Part shown: positions 8,919 through 21,269 of the stretch, piece by piece
Layout of the letters: every line of letters begins with the position of its first letter
How positions within the stretch are numbered: position 1 is the stretch's first letter
Assembly: GCA_038064915.1 (NCBI GenBank)
Contig: JBBTSB010000003.1
Span: 13,395 to 77,394 of the forward strand
Source of the DNA: Patescibacteria group bacterium
GTDB taxonomy: Bacteria > Patescibacteriota > Minisyncoccia > 2-02-FULL-40-12 > IGHO2-01-FULL-4-A
Length of the DNA stretch: 64,000 nucleotides
Reading direction: 5' to 3'
Translations under genes and position numbers: made by a program
The notes under the pieces: generated by a model
Told to the model about the DNA's origin: nothing
What the model saw: only the letters and a program-made list of their open reading frames with translations
The model's database searches: none

Positions 8919-8958
8919 CGCCCGCTGGGTCGCAAGATCTGGCGGGCGCGAGTTTTTT
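8919..8958 (+). terminator. rho-independent terminator, near-identical copy of 8120-8160
   Basis: CGCCCGCTGGGTCGCAAGATCTGGCGGGCG is followed by CGAGTTTTTTGT, after the GC-rich ORF. Confidence 0.6.
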
Positions 8959-8975
8959 GTGGTAGCTTTGAAAAC

Positions 8976-9977
8976 ATGATTGCATCAGAAGTGCTCAATA
9001 ATTTTGAAAATAAAAAGGTGTTAGTCACCGGGGGGACGGGTATGATCGGTCGAGAGATTGTCAAGATTCTGGCCGATGCAGGGGCGAAGGTCATCATTGT
9101 ATCTTTAGATCAGCTTATCGTTGATGATCGCGCCGATCATGTTCTTGGCGATTTGACAGATTTTGCTTTTGTAAAAAAAATCACCGAAGGGATGGATTAT
9201 GTTTTTCATGTTGCTGGCATCAAGGGTTCCATTGAGGTAACCAAATCCAAGCCCGCCAGTTTTTTTGTTCCGCTTTTGATGATGAATACGAATGTATTGG
9301 AAGCGTGCAGGATTAATAACGTCAATAAAGTAGTATATACCAGCTCTATCGGTGCCTATGCCAGTGCGGAAGTATTTCGTGAAGGCGAAAATCAAGATGG
9401 TCCACCCATGGATATGTTTCCCGGCTGGGCCAAGCGCATGGCGGAATTGCAAGTCGAAGCCTATCGGATACAATATGAAATGAAAAACTTTGCCATTGTT
9501 CGTCCCTGCAACGTTTATGGACCGGGGGACAACTTTGATCCTGAAAACGCGATGGTCATTCCCACCCTCATGGCGCGTATTTTTCGGAAGGAAAATCCGG
9601 TCGTCATTTGGGGCGACGGTAGTGCTGTTCGTGATTTTGCTTTCAGTCGTGATGTGGCCGAAGGCACGATTCTTGCGTTGCACCATGGAACTGGCGGGAG
9701 TTTTGTGAACCTCGGAAGCGGCCAAGGTGTCACCATCAAGGAATTGGTGGAAACCCTTCGGACATTTTTGGATTTCAACTACGTATTCGATACGACAAAG
9801 CCCTCGGGATTTCCTCGTCGGGTCATGGATATTGCCCGGGCTCGCGAGGTGATACACTATAATCCGACAACATCACTGCGTGATGGTCTTGAAGAAACGT
9901 GGAAATGGTACCTGGAGCATCAGGACGAATATCTGAAGCGAAAAAATTATTTCAAAGAAAAAAATGAATCCAGATAA
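8976..9977 (+). CDS. NAD-dependent epimerase/dehydratase (extended SDR; GDP-sugar reductase/epimerase-like)
   Basis: 'VLVTGGTGMIGREIV' Rossmann motif and the 'YxxxK' region are present. Confidence 0.75.
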   Translation: MIASEVLNNFENKKVLVTGGTGMIGREIVKILADAGAKVIIVSLDQLIVDDRADHVLGDLTDFAFVKKITEGMDYVFHVAGIKGSIEVTKSKPASFFVPLLMMNTNVLEACRINNVNKVVYTSSIGAYASAEVFREGENQDGPPMDMFPGWAKRMAELQVEAYRIQYEMKNFAIVRPCNVYGPGDNFDPENAMVIPTLMARIFRKENPVVIWGDGSAVRDFAFSRDVAEGTILALHHGTGGSFVNLGSGQGVTIKELVETLRTFLDFNYVFDTTKPSGFPRRVMDIARAREVIHYNPTTSLRDGLEETWKWYLEHQDEYLKRKNYFKEKNESR

Positions 9978-10797
9978 ACGAAAACATGACATACATTATG
10001 AAGCAGTGCGAACCGAGCTTGAAGCGTTTTTACCATCAGTCGGTCAGCAGGTACTTGCCTTACGTCAAAAGGCCGAAACTGATCCGGATTTCGCAAGACT
10101 AAAAGCTGACAGAACCATAGTGACCAAGGCTGACGAGCTAGCGGAGACTTTAATTCGAGCTTGGATTACCGAGCGTTTCCCTGAAGATTCGATACGAGGC
10201 GAAGAGCAGGAGCAAAAAGTGGGAGGCGCTCGTGTTTGGATTATTGACCCTATAGATGGGACGTATAATTTTTCTCATACTGCCGATAAGTTTGGAATCT
10301 CGGTGGGTTTAGTTGAACAGAACGACCCCATGCTTGGTGTGATTTTTTATCCAGCTGAGGATGTAATCCTTTCCTCTGCACGGGACTCGACTCCTTTACT
10401 CAATGGCATACCCATGAGTGTATCAGCAGGAAAACAAGATATCACGCAAGCGATGATTCTTGCCTCGCTTCATCCAACTCATAACGCTGATCCGCGATTT
10501 GCAGTTTCAGGCAAACAACTCAATAACCTTCTGAATTCTATGCACCATGGCAACCTAGGGTGGAGCTTCACATTTGATTTTTTACATTTCCTGCAAAGTG
10601 ATGCTGATGCCATATCTCACCCGGGACCCACACCGTATGACATCGGGGCAATGTGTTCGATTGCTAAAGAACTTCATCTGACAATTTCCGACTATGATGG
10701 CAAATCGCTTGATTTTTCAAAAGACATTATGCCGATTCTTATCTCGAAAAATCACACTTTGCACAGAGCGATCATTAAAAAATTGAATCAAAAATAG
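9964..10797 (+). CDS. inositol monophosphatase family phosphatase (IMPase/CysQ/SuhB-like)
   Basis: 'WIIDPIDGTYNF' is the family signature. Confidence 0.75.
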   Translation: MNPDKRKHDIHYEAVRTELEAFLPSVGQQVLALRQKAETDPDFARLKADRTIVTKADELAETLIRAWITERFPEDSIRGEEQEQKVGGARVWIIDPIDGTYNFSHTADKFGISVGLVEQNDPMLGVIFYPAEDVILSSARDSTPLLNGIPMSVSAGKQDITQAMILASLHPTHNADPRFAVSGKQLNNLLNSMHHGNLGWSFTFDFLHFLQSDADAISHPGPTPYDIGAMCSIAKELHLTISDYDGKSLDFSKDIMPILISKNHTLHRAIIKKLNQK

Positions 10798-10846
10798 AGC
10801 TAACTTCGTTTTGACATTTGCCTAAATATACGACAATATCAAATTC

Positions 10847-11368
10847 ATGATCACGGTGGAGAAAACAACACTCGATGGCGTGCTCCTGATCAAGCCAAGC
10901 GCTTTTGAAGATCATCGAGGGTATTACGTTGAACTGTACAATAAAGAACTCTATCGGAGTCACGGTATCACCGTGGATTTTGTACAAGACGACGTTTCTC
11001 TGTCGCACCACCATGTCTTGCGCGGTATTCATGGAGATCACAAGACCTGGAAACTCGTTTCCTGTTTGCACGGTGAGTTTTATTTGGTTGTGGTAAACTG
11101 CGACGAAGCGTCGGCTGACTTTGGGAAATGGGAATCATTTACGCTTTCGGCAAAAAATCGTTTCCAAGTGCTCATTCCTCCCATGCACGGCAACGGCCAT
11201 GTGGTGCTGACCGATCAGGCGATTTTCCACTACAAGCAGTCGGAATACTATGTTTCGGGACAAAAATTTATCTATCGATATGATGATCCAAGATTCAATA
11301 TTACGTGGCCCGTCAAAGACCCCATCCTGTCAAAGCGCGATGAACTGGGAAAGAATATTCCAAGATAA
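10847..11368 (+). CDS. rfbC: dTDP-4-dehydrorhamnose 3,5-epimerase (RmlC family)
   Basis: The 'FEDHRGYY' RmlC motif is present, and the product is 173 aa. Confidence 0.8.
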   Translation: MITVEKTTLDGVLLIKPSAFEDHRGYYVELYNKELYRSHGITVDFVQDDVSLSHHHVLRGIHGDHKTWKLVSCLHGEFYLVVVNCDEASADFGKWESFTLSAKNRFQVLIPPMHGNGHVVLTDQAIFHYKQSEYYVSGQKFIYRYDDPRFNITWPVKDPILSKRDELGKNIPR

Positions 11369-11371
11369 TGT

Positions 11372-12157
11372 ATGCGTCTGATCACACTCAACACTTGGGG
11401 AGGTAAAAAATTTGATGCGTTGATAGATTTTATTCGGCGTGAGGAGAAATTCGTGGATATTTTTTGTTTTCAAGAAGTATTTTCCACCTCGAGTGACGTC
11501 AGAAAAACCAACGGTCATCGCGCAAATCTTTACCAAGAACTCCATCGTGCACTTCCCGCGTTTCATAGTCGCTTCGAGCCATATCTGAAAAATCACAATC
11601 TTGCCGAGCCCACAGACTTTCATTTGGAGCTTGGTACCGCCATTTTTGTGCGCGATAGATATTCCATGACGCACCACGGCAGGCATCAGATTCATCGATC
11701 GCAGGATGATCCCATGATTGGTTTACAATATGAGACAATTCCGCGGCATCTCCAATGGATGCAGTGCTTGGTTGTAGGTGTTCCACTTACCATCATCAAC
11801 ATTCATGGTATGTGGTTTGAGGGGGACAAGATTGACAACGCCCAAGCCATCACGCAATCGGAGCGTGTGGTTGAATTTTTAAAGACAATCCAAACTCCGA
11901 TCATTATCGCTGGCGACTTTAACCTTTGGCCGGAAACAACGTGCATTCAGATGATAGAGAATAGGGGATTGAAAAATCTCATCACGGCATATAATATTAC
12001 TTCAACGCGTCCTCGTGACTGGCCGTTTCCGCATCCCTATGCAGATTATGTTTTTGCTTCTTCGAATTTGCAGATTGTTGATTTTCAGGCTCTACCAGAT
12101 GAAGTTTCCGATCATTTGCCGCTTGCCCTTGATTTTGCTATGGTCAATACGCTATGA
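11372..12157 (+). CDS. endonuclease/exonuclease/phosphatase (EEP) family protein
   Basis: 'LNTWGG', 'FCFQEV' and C-terminal 'SDHLP' match the EEP family. Confidence 0.7.
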   Translation: MRLITLNTWGGKKFDALIDFIRREEKFVDIFCFQEVFSTSSDVRKTNGHRANLYQELHRALPAFHSRFEPYLKNHNLAEPTDFHLELGTAIFVRDRYSMTHHGRHQIHRSQDDPMIGLQYETIPRHLQWMQCLVVGVPLTIINIHGMWFEGDKIDNAQAITQSERVVEFLKTIQTPIIIAGDFNLWPETTCIQMIENRGLKNLITAYNITSTRPRDWPFPHPYADYVFASSNLQIVDFQALPDEVSDHLPLALDFAMVNTL

Positions 12158-13113
12158 GTTTTGATTTGCATGGAAAAAAGATCCTTGTTGCGGGTGCAGC
12201 CGGATTCTTGGGTACGAATGTACTCAAAAGACTTCAGGCGCAACCATGCGACATACGAGCTGTCATACACGAATCGCCACTGCAAATTTCTCACGATAAA
12301 GTAGTGAAAGCGGATTTGACGCTTAGGGAAGATTGCACTCGTGTGTGCGAAGGTATGGACGTGGTCGTCATGTGTGCGGCGTCTACCGCCGGCGCAGGTG
12401 TGATGGAGAAAAATCCACTTGCACTAGTAACGCCCAATGTTGTCATGAATACGTTGATGCTGGAGTCGGCATACGCCGCCGGCGTGAAAACATTCATCTT
12501 CATCAGCAGTAATGCCGTCTATCCGCCGTTTGACTATGCGGTGAAGGAAGAAGAAATGATGTCCGCTCCCCCTTTTGAAAAATACTACCCCATTTCTTGG
12601 ATGAAGCGTTTTGGCGAGATTCTCTGTGAAACATACGCGAAAAAAATCAAAAAACCCATGCACACTATCGTTCTCCGGCCGGCCAATATGTACGGGCCCT
12701 ATGATGATTTTGATTGGGAGACCTCGCACATGGTGCCCGCGCTGATCCGCAAAGTGATTGAGCGGATGGATCCACTCGAAGTGTGGGGTGATGGCACCGA
12801 GATCAAGGATCTCATCTATGTGGAAGATTTTGTGGACGGATTGATACGAGCCGTTAGCACGTTGCAAACCTACCAGCCGCTCAACATCGGTACTGGTATC
12901 CCCGTTTCCGTCAATGATGTCCTTCATACGGCATTGGAAGTCGATGGATATCAGCAAGCAAAGATTGTATACAATACCTCAAAGCCGACGATGATAGGCA
13001 AGCGCATGCTGGATGTCAGCAAGGCAGAGGATCTCATTGGCTTTCGGTCGAGCACATCATTGCGTGACGGTATTGCAAAAACCATTTCCTGGTACCGAAC
13101 CAAGCACCCATGA
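12154..13113 (+). CDS. NAD-dependent epimerase/dehydratase (GDP-L-fucose synthase-like)
   Basis: 'ILVAGAAGFLGTN' Rossmann motif is present. The start overlaps the upstream stop. Confidence 0.75.
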   Translation: MSFDLHGKKILVAGAAGFLGTNVLKRLQAQPCDIRAVIHESPLQISHDKVVKADLTLREDCTRVCEGMDVVVMCAASTAGAGVMEKNPLALVTPNVVMNTLMLESAYAAGVKTFIFISSNAVYPPFDYAVKEEEMMSAPPFEKYYPISWMKRFGEILCETYAKKIKKPMHTIVLRPANMYGPYDDFDWETSHMVPALIRKVIERMDPLEVWGDGTEIKDLIYVEDFVDGLIRAVSTLQTYQPLNIGTGIPVSVNDVLHTALEVDGYQQAKIVYNTSKPTMIGKRMLDVSKAEDLIGFRSSTSLRDGIAKTISWYRTKHP

Positions 13114-13631
13114 AACTCGTCTTACTCTATGGACCACCGGCCGTGGGGAAACTCACCATTGCGAAAGAGCTTCAGAAGCTCACGGGATTTAAACTTTTGC
13201 ACAATCATCAAATTTCTGATTTGGTAATGTCTATCCACCAGCGTGGAACGCCCGAGGCTGCCGATCTCAACCACCAAATCCGTCTTGCAGTTTACAAATC
13301 CGCTGTTGACACACAGGGTATTATTTCAACGGTGCTGTATCGCTACGACATCAAAGATCAAATCCATGCCGCTATTCGGGATTATGCAACATTCATGGAC
13401 GTTTTTGCAATACGACTTTCTTGTTCTCGGGAAGTTCTTGAACAGCGCGTCGCATCTCCCGATCGCATGGGTACGCAAAAAATTTCTTCGGTTGAAAAGT
13501 TGCGAACCGTCCTTGCTTCAGAGGATTTGTTGCGAGCTTTGCCGGATGATATTATTCCCAGTCTCCACCTTGATACCACCAGTATGCAACCATATGAAGC
13601 AGCAAACAGCATCAAAGATTATATTAGTTGA
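13110..13631 (+). CDS. P-loop NTPase / small kinase-like protein
   Basis: Walker A is 'GPPAVGKLT', and the product is 173 aa. Confidence 0.5.
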   Translation: MKLVLLYGPPAVGKLTIAKELQKLTGFKLLHNHQISDLVMSIHQRGTPEAADLNHQIRLAVYKSAVDTQGIISTVLYRYDIKDQIHAAIRDYATFMDVFAIRLSCSREVLEQRVASPDRMGTQKISSVEKLRTVLASEDLLRALPDDIIPSLHLDTTSMQPYEAANSIKDYIS

Positions 13632-14157
13632 TCTTGATGGGCCTTTGGCCGATCTTGAGGGTGAGTTTTTGAGACGGTGGAAAGAAAAATATCCCGGCGA
13701 GTTTTTTGTGTCGTTTGAAAAAAGAAAAACTTTTTTCTTGCGGGAGGAGTATCCTGAACACCTGCAGCCGAAAACGGATGAAATTTTGCGCGAGGAGGGG
13801 TTTTTTGCGAATTTGCAAATAGTTTCAGGGAGTAAAGAAGCGTTATTTGCGATGCGCGATCGAGGTTACACGGTCGTCATTTGCACATCCGATATCTTCA
13901 GCAACAAGAGTGGTCTGCGTGATAAGCGTGTTTGGATCCACGAGCGATTTGGGGAAGAATTCGCTCGCGCCATGATTTTTACGAGAGACAAAACCCTTGT
14001 TCGTGGCGATTATCTTATTGATGATAAACCCCTTATTATGGGTGCCTTGGAACCGACATGGGAACATGTTATCTTTGATCAGCCGTTTAATCGAGAAACG
14101 AAAATGCCTAAACGTATTAGGTCGGATTGGTCAAATTGGCGAGACGTTATTACTTGA
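13594..14157 (+). CDS. HAD-superfamily 5'(3')-deoxyribonucleotidase (NT5C)-like phosphatase
   Basis: Internal Met at 13594 gives 'ILVDLDGPLAD' (HAD motif I, DxD). The gene overlaps the upstream gene by 38 nt. Confidence 0.5.
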   Translation: MKQQTASKIILVDLDGPLADLEGEFLRRWKEKYPGEFFVSFEKRKTFFLREEYPEHLQPKTDEILREEGFFANLQIVSGSKEALFAMRDRGYTVVICTSDIFSNKSGLRDKRVWIHERFGEEFARAMIFTRDKTLVRGDYLIDDKPLIMGALEPTWEHVIFDQPFNRETKMPKRIRSDWSNWRDVIT

Positions 14158-14158
14158 T

Positions 14159-15142
14159 ATGGTTATTACCCGAACTCCATTTCGCATTTCTTTTTTTGGT
14201 GGTGGAACAGACTACCCGGTTTGGTATATGAACAACGGTAACGGCGGTATGACTATCAGTACGACCATTAATCGCTACTGCTATATCACCGCACGTCATT
14301 TACCTCCCTTTTTTGATCATAAGTATCGCATCCGTTATACGCGTCGTGAAGAACGTAGTGCCATCGAAAATATTGAACATCCGTCTGTTCGTGAGTGCAT
14401 GAAATATCTGGATTTCCGTGACCACCTGGAGATGGTCCATACCAGCGACTTGCCGGCCATGGCAGGACTGGGTTCGAGTTCGGCGTTTACCGTTGGTTTT
14501 TTGAACTCTCTCCATGGTTTGCGAGGAAAGACGGTTCGGCCTCGTGATTTGGCCTTGCAGGCTATTCATGTTGAACAGAATCTTATCGGGGAGAACGTGG
14601 GCTCTCAGGATCAGGTCGCAACGGCCGTTGGGGGATTGAATCGCATTGTATTTCGTCCGAGTGGTATTAAAATATCTTCTCTGTCTCTTTCACCGCGCAC
14701 GCTTAAAACATTGGAGGGACGATTACTACTCTACTTTACCGGATTTCAGCGCTTTGCTTCCGAGATTGCGGCGGAGCAAATCAAAAATACTCCCGATAAA
14801 ACGCAGGAATTGAATGCCATGATGCATTTGGCAAAACGCGCCGAGGCTGACCTTTTGGCCGGATCCATTGGTAACATGGGTGCCTTGCTTGATGAAGGAT
14901 GGCAAATCAAAAAAACCCTTTCTTCAAAAATTACCGATAACCGTATTGATGCCATCTATGCTCGTGCCAGGAGTGCGGGTGCTGTGGGCGGAAAACTGTT
15001 AGGTGCAGGCGGAGGAGGATTTTTCTTACTCTATGCTCCTGAGCAAAAACACGCAAAGATTCGTGCGGCATTGAGCGATCTTATCCATGTGCCATTTCAC
15101 TTTGAAAATACCGGTAGCAAGATTATCTACCAAAATATCTGA
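14159..15142 (+). CDS. GHMP kinase (heptose-7-phosphate kinase HddA-like)
   Basis: Start is 'MVITRTPFRISFFGGGTDYP' with GHMP motif 'PAMAGLGSSSA'. It overlaps the upstream stop (TGATATG). Confidence 0.75.
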   Translation: MVITRTPFRISFFGGGTDYPVWYMNNGNGGMTISTTINRYCYITARHLPPFFDHKYRIRYTRREERSAIENIEHPSVRECMKYLDFRDHLEMVHTSDLPAMAGLGSSSAFTVGFLNSLHGLRGKTVRPRDLALQAIHVEQNLIGENVGSQDQVATAVGGLNRIVFRPSGIKISSLSLSPRTLKTLEGRLLLYFTGFQRFASEIAAEQIKNTPDKTQELNAMMHLAKRAEADLLAGSIGNMGALLDEGWQIKKTLSSKITDNRIDAIYARARSAGAVGGKLLGAGGGGFFLLYAPEQKHAKIRAALSDLIHVPFHFENTGSKIIYQNI

Positions 15143-15145
15143 CAC

Positions 15146-16000
15146 ATGGTACGGCCGAAAATAAGCATCATCGTGACCACGTTTGGTAGAGCACAGGGTT
15201 TGCAAAAACTCTTCGATTCGCTCCAGGCAACGACACCACCCGATGTATATGAACTTGTAGTGGTATCGTCAGATCCTCCTGAAACGCCCAAGGCGGCATG
15301 GCTTCGTCAGCAAACAAACCGTGCGCGTATTATTTTTGCAGATGCTCGACAATCATGGCAGTTGAGAAGGAGGAGTAACTATTACTATATCAATGTGGGC
15401 ATTCGAAACTCGAGCTATCCATGGATTTTTCCCTGTAGCGATGACATGTACGTGGAACCGGGATGGTACGAAGCATTTTCGCGTGTTATCAACGATCCCG
15501 CAAACGCACCTACGGGGCTGGTCATCGGATCATCGCACATCGGTAATCTCCAATCTGGCATTCGCGTTGTGGTGATTGGGAAGACAAAAAAAGGGAGCAC
15601 TGATTGGAAAGATCTTTATCTCTCTGACGTTTCGATCGTTCGTCGGGATATCATGGAACAGATAGGACTTTTTGATGAAAAAATGGATTGGTTCGGTTCC
15701 GGTGCCGATCTTTCGCTGTCGGTGGAATTTCTTACCGACACCAAAACTATTGTTGCTGAAGATATGATCATCCCCCATTCTATCAGTAGAGAAAATAGAA
15801 ACAAAAATATTGTGAGTGCGTTTTTCGATTTCCACTATATCATCAACAAATGGAATCGTTGGTGCAAACGCAATGGATGTCAATTTCATTGGGATCCCGG
15901 AATTCCGAGCTATACGGTAGTAAACAGAATAAAGAACTACTACCAGCTTAAAAAAGCCATATTGAGATACTATGTAAAATATTTTTTGCGAGGACGATAG
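15146..16000 (+). CDS. glycosyltransferase family 2
   Basis: 'ISIIVTTFG' is a GT2 N-terminal motif, and a DxD-type region follows. Confidence 0.65.
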   Translation: MVRPKISIIVTTFGRAQGLQKLFDSLQATTPPDVYELVVVSSDPPETPKAAWLRQQTNRARIIFADARQSWQLRRRSNYYYINVGIRNSSYPWIFPCSDDMYVEPGWYEAFSRVINDPANAPTGLVIGSSHIGNLQSGIRVVVIGKTKKGSTDWKDLYLSDVSIVRRDIMEQIGLFDEKMDWFGSGADLSLSVEFLTDTKTIVAEDMIIPHSISRENRNKNIVSAFFDFHYIINKWNRWCKRNGCQFHWDPGIPSYTVVNRIKNYYQLKKAILRYYVKYFLRGR

Positions 16001-16001
16001 A

Positions 16002-19655
<3,654 letters not shown>

Positions 19656-19685
19656 CCTTTATTTCTAGCATATTTCGGCTTTTTA

Positions 19686-19694
19686 TGCTATTCT
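19686..19694 (+). promoter_or_regulatory. extended -10 element TGCTATTCT in 'TTTTTATGCTA' context
   Basis: It lies 11 nt upstream of the ATG at 19706. A TAGCATA/TATGCTA inverted repeat spans it. Confidence 0.3.
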
Positions 19695-19705
19695 CCCGAG
19701 TACCC

Positions 19706-20107
19706 ATGCATATCGAACGCGTCAAACTCCAATCATTCGACGATACCCCCGACGGTGAGCTCTTTATTGCCGAGGGGACCAAGAATATCCCCTTTGCGAT
19801 CAAGCGCGTCTACTACATCAACCAACTCGACAATCCCAAAGCCGTCCGTGGCAAGCATGCGCACAAGAAACTCGATCAGGCCATTTTTTGTGTGAACGGA
19901 TCGTTTGTCATTGACTTGGATGATGGCAAAGAACAGACATCGATCACCCTCGATGCGTCTTCGCCTGGTGTTTTGTTGCCGCCCATGATGTGGCACACCA
20001 TGCATGATTTTTCCAAAAATTGCGCGTTGCTGGTCCTCGCCAGTGACTTTTTTGACGAATCAGACTACATCCGCAAGCACGATGAATTTTTAGCTTTATG
20101 CGCATAG
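19706..20107 (+). CDS. FdtA/QdtA-like sugar 3,4-ketoisomerase (WxcM-like cupin)
   Basis: 'RGKHAH', 'PPMMWHTM' and 'LLVLAS...YIRKHDEF' match FdtA. Confidence 0.65.
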   Translation: MHIERVKLQSFDDTPDGELFIAEGTKNIPFAIKRVYYINQLDNPKAVRGKHAHKKLDQAIFCVNGSFVIDLDDGKEQTSITLDASSPGVLLPPMMWHTMHDFSKNCALLVLASDFFDESDYIRKHDEFLALCA

Positions 20108-21269
20108 CTTTTGTTGTTGGCATTTTTCCGGCCGCGTCGGAGACGTTTATCATCAATCAGATTGTCGATCTTCGGGAGCGGGGTGTTGACGTGGAAGTAT
20201 TTGCGTTTCAGCGGGGAAGCGGTGAGGGAATTTCGGATCGTGCACGCGGCATCACGGCGCACTATCTTGATATGCCAAGCAACAAGTTCCTGCGGATTTT
20301 GAAAGCGATACCGAAACTCATCCGCCTCCTGCGTTATCCGAAAATTCTTCGCCGTCTATCGGTACTACACAACCGCTTTATTTTTCAGGCAGAGCCGTTT
20401 GCGGGAAAGACGTTTGATTTGGTACATTGCCACTTCGGCACGATTGCAACCGGTTACCTGATCATCAAAGACATCGTCGGCATTACAGCACCAATTGTTA
20501 CGACCTTTTATGGTTACGACGCGAGCAAGATTTTTCAGGAACAGCCGGCCGACGTCTATGATCGTCTCATACGCGAATCCTCGTATTTTCTTGCCATGTC
20601 ACAAAACATGAAAGAGCGCATGGTGGCACATGGATTTCCGGCAGATCGGGTTCGTGTGTTGCCGGTGAGTATCGATGTGGATTCATATCCGTTTGCCAGG
20701 CGCGAGCCGGCGGGAAAACCCCACATACTTTCCGTGGGACGGTTTGTCGAAAAAAAGGGCTTTGACGATTTGTTCCGAGCACTTGCAATCGTGAAGAAAA
20801 AAATAGATTTTACCTGTACTATTGTAGGAGGGGGACCGCTGGAAATGGAATTGAAAAAGTTAGTGGATGATCTCGGGCTTCATGATAGTATTGATTTTAG
20901 GGGATATATAAAGATTGAAGAAATCATCCAGTTCATGCTGACGGCGCACCTGTTTGTCCAACCATCTAAAACCGCCAAAAACGGCGATATGGAATGAATA
21001 CAATAATTTCACAAGCTCTTGCCACGGGGCTTCCCGTCATCACCACAAAACACAGCGGTCTTCCGGATCAAATCAAAGATGGCCAAAACGGTTTTTTGGT
21101 ACCGGAGGGCGACTACCAAGCTTTAGCCACCGCGATCATTCGCTACATCGAGCATCCGGACCTCTGGGGCCCGATGGGGGAGTTCGGCAGACAACATGTA
21201 CTCGAGCATTACGATTCCAAAAAACTCATAGATGAGCAAATGAAGCTGTATGAAGATTGTCTACGCTAG
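20098..21269 (+). pseudogene. GT1 (GT4-like) glycosyltransferase split by a frameshift near 20992-20997
   Basis: The N-part (20098-20997) ends '...NGDME*'. The C-part (20994-21269) begins 'MNTIISQALATGLPVI', which is the conserved EGxxxxxxE/QAxAxGxPVI motif. Only a frame change joins the two. Confidence 0.55.

Noticed and set aside
9105-9857. 250-aa minus-strand ORF opposite the epimerase gene 8976-9977
   Set aside because: It has no motifs, whereas the plus strand encodes a clear Rossmann SDR protein.
10812-10846. TTGACA at 10812 as a -35 box for rfbC
   Set aside because: No acceptable -10 hexamer lies at a 16-19 nt spacing. It was left unannotated.
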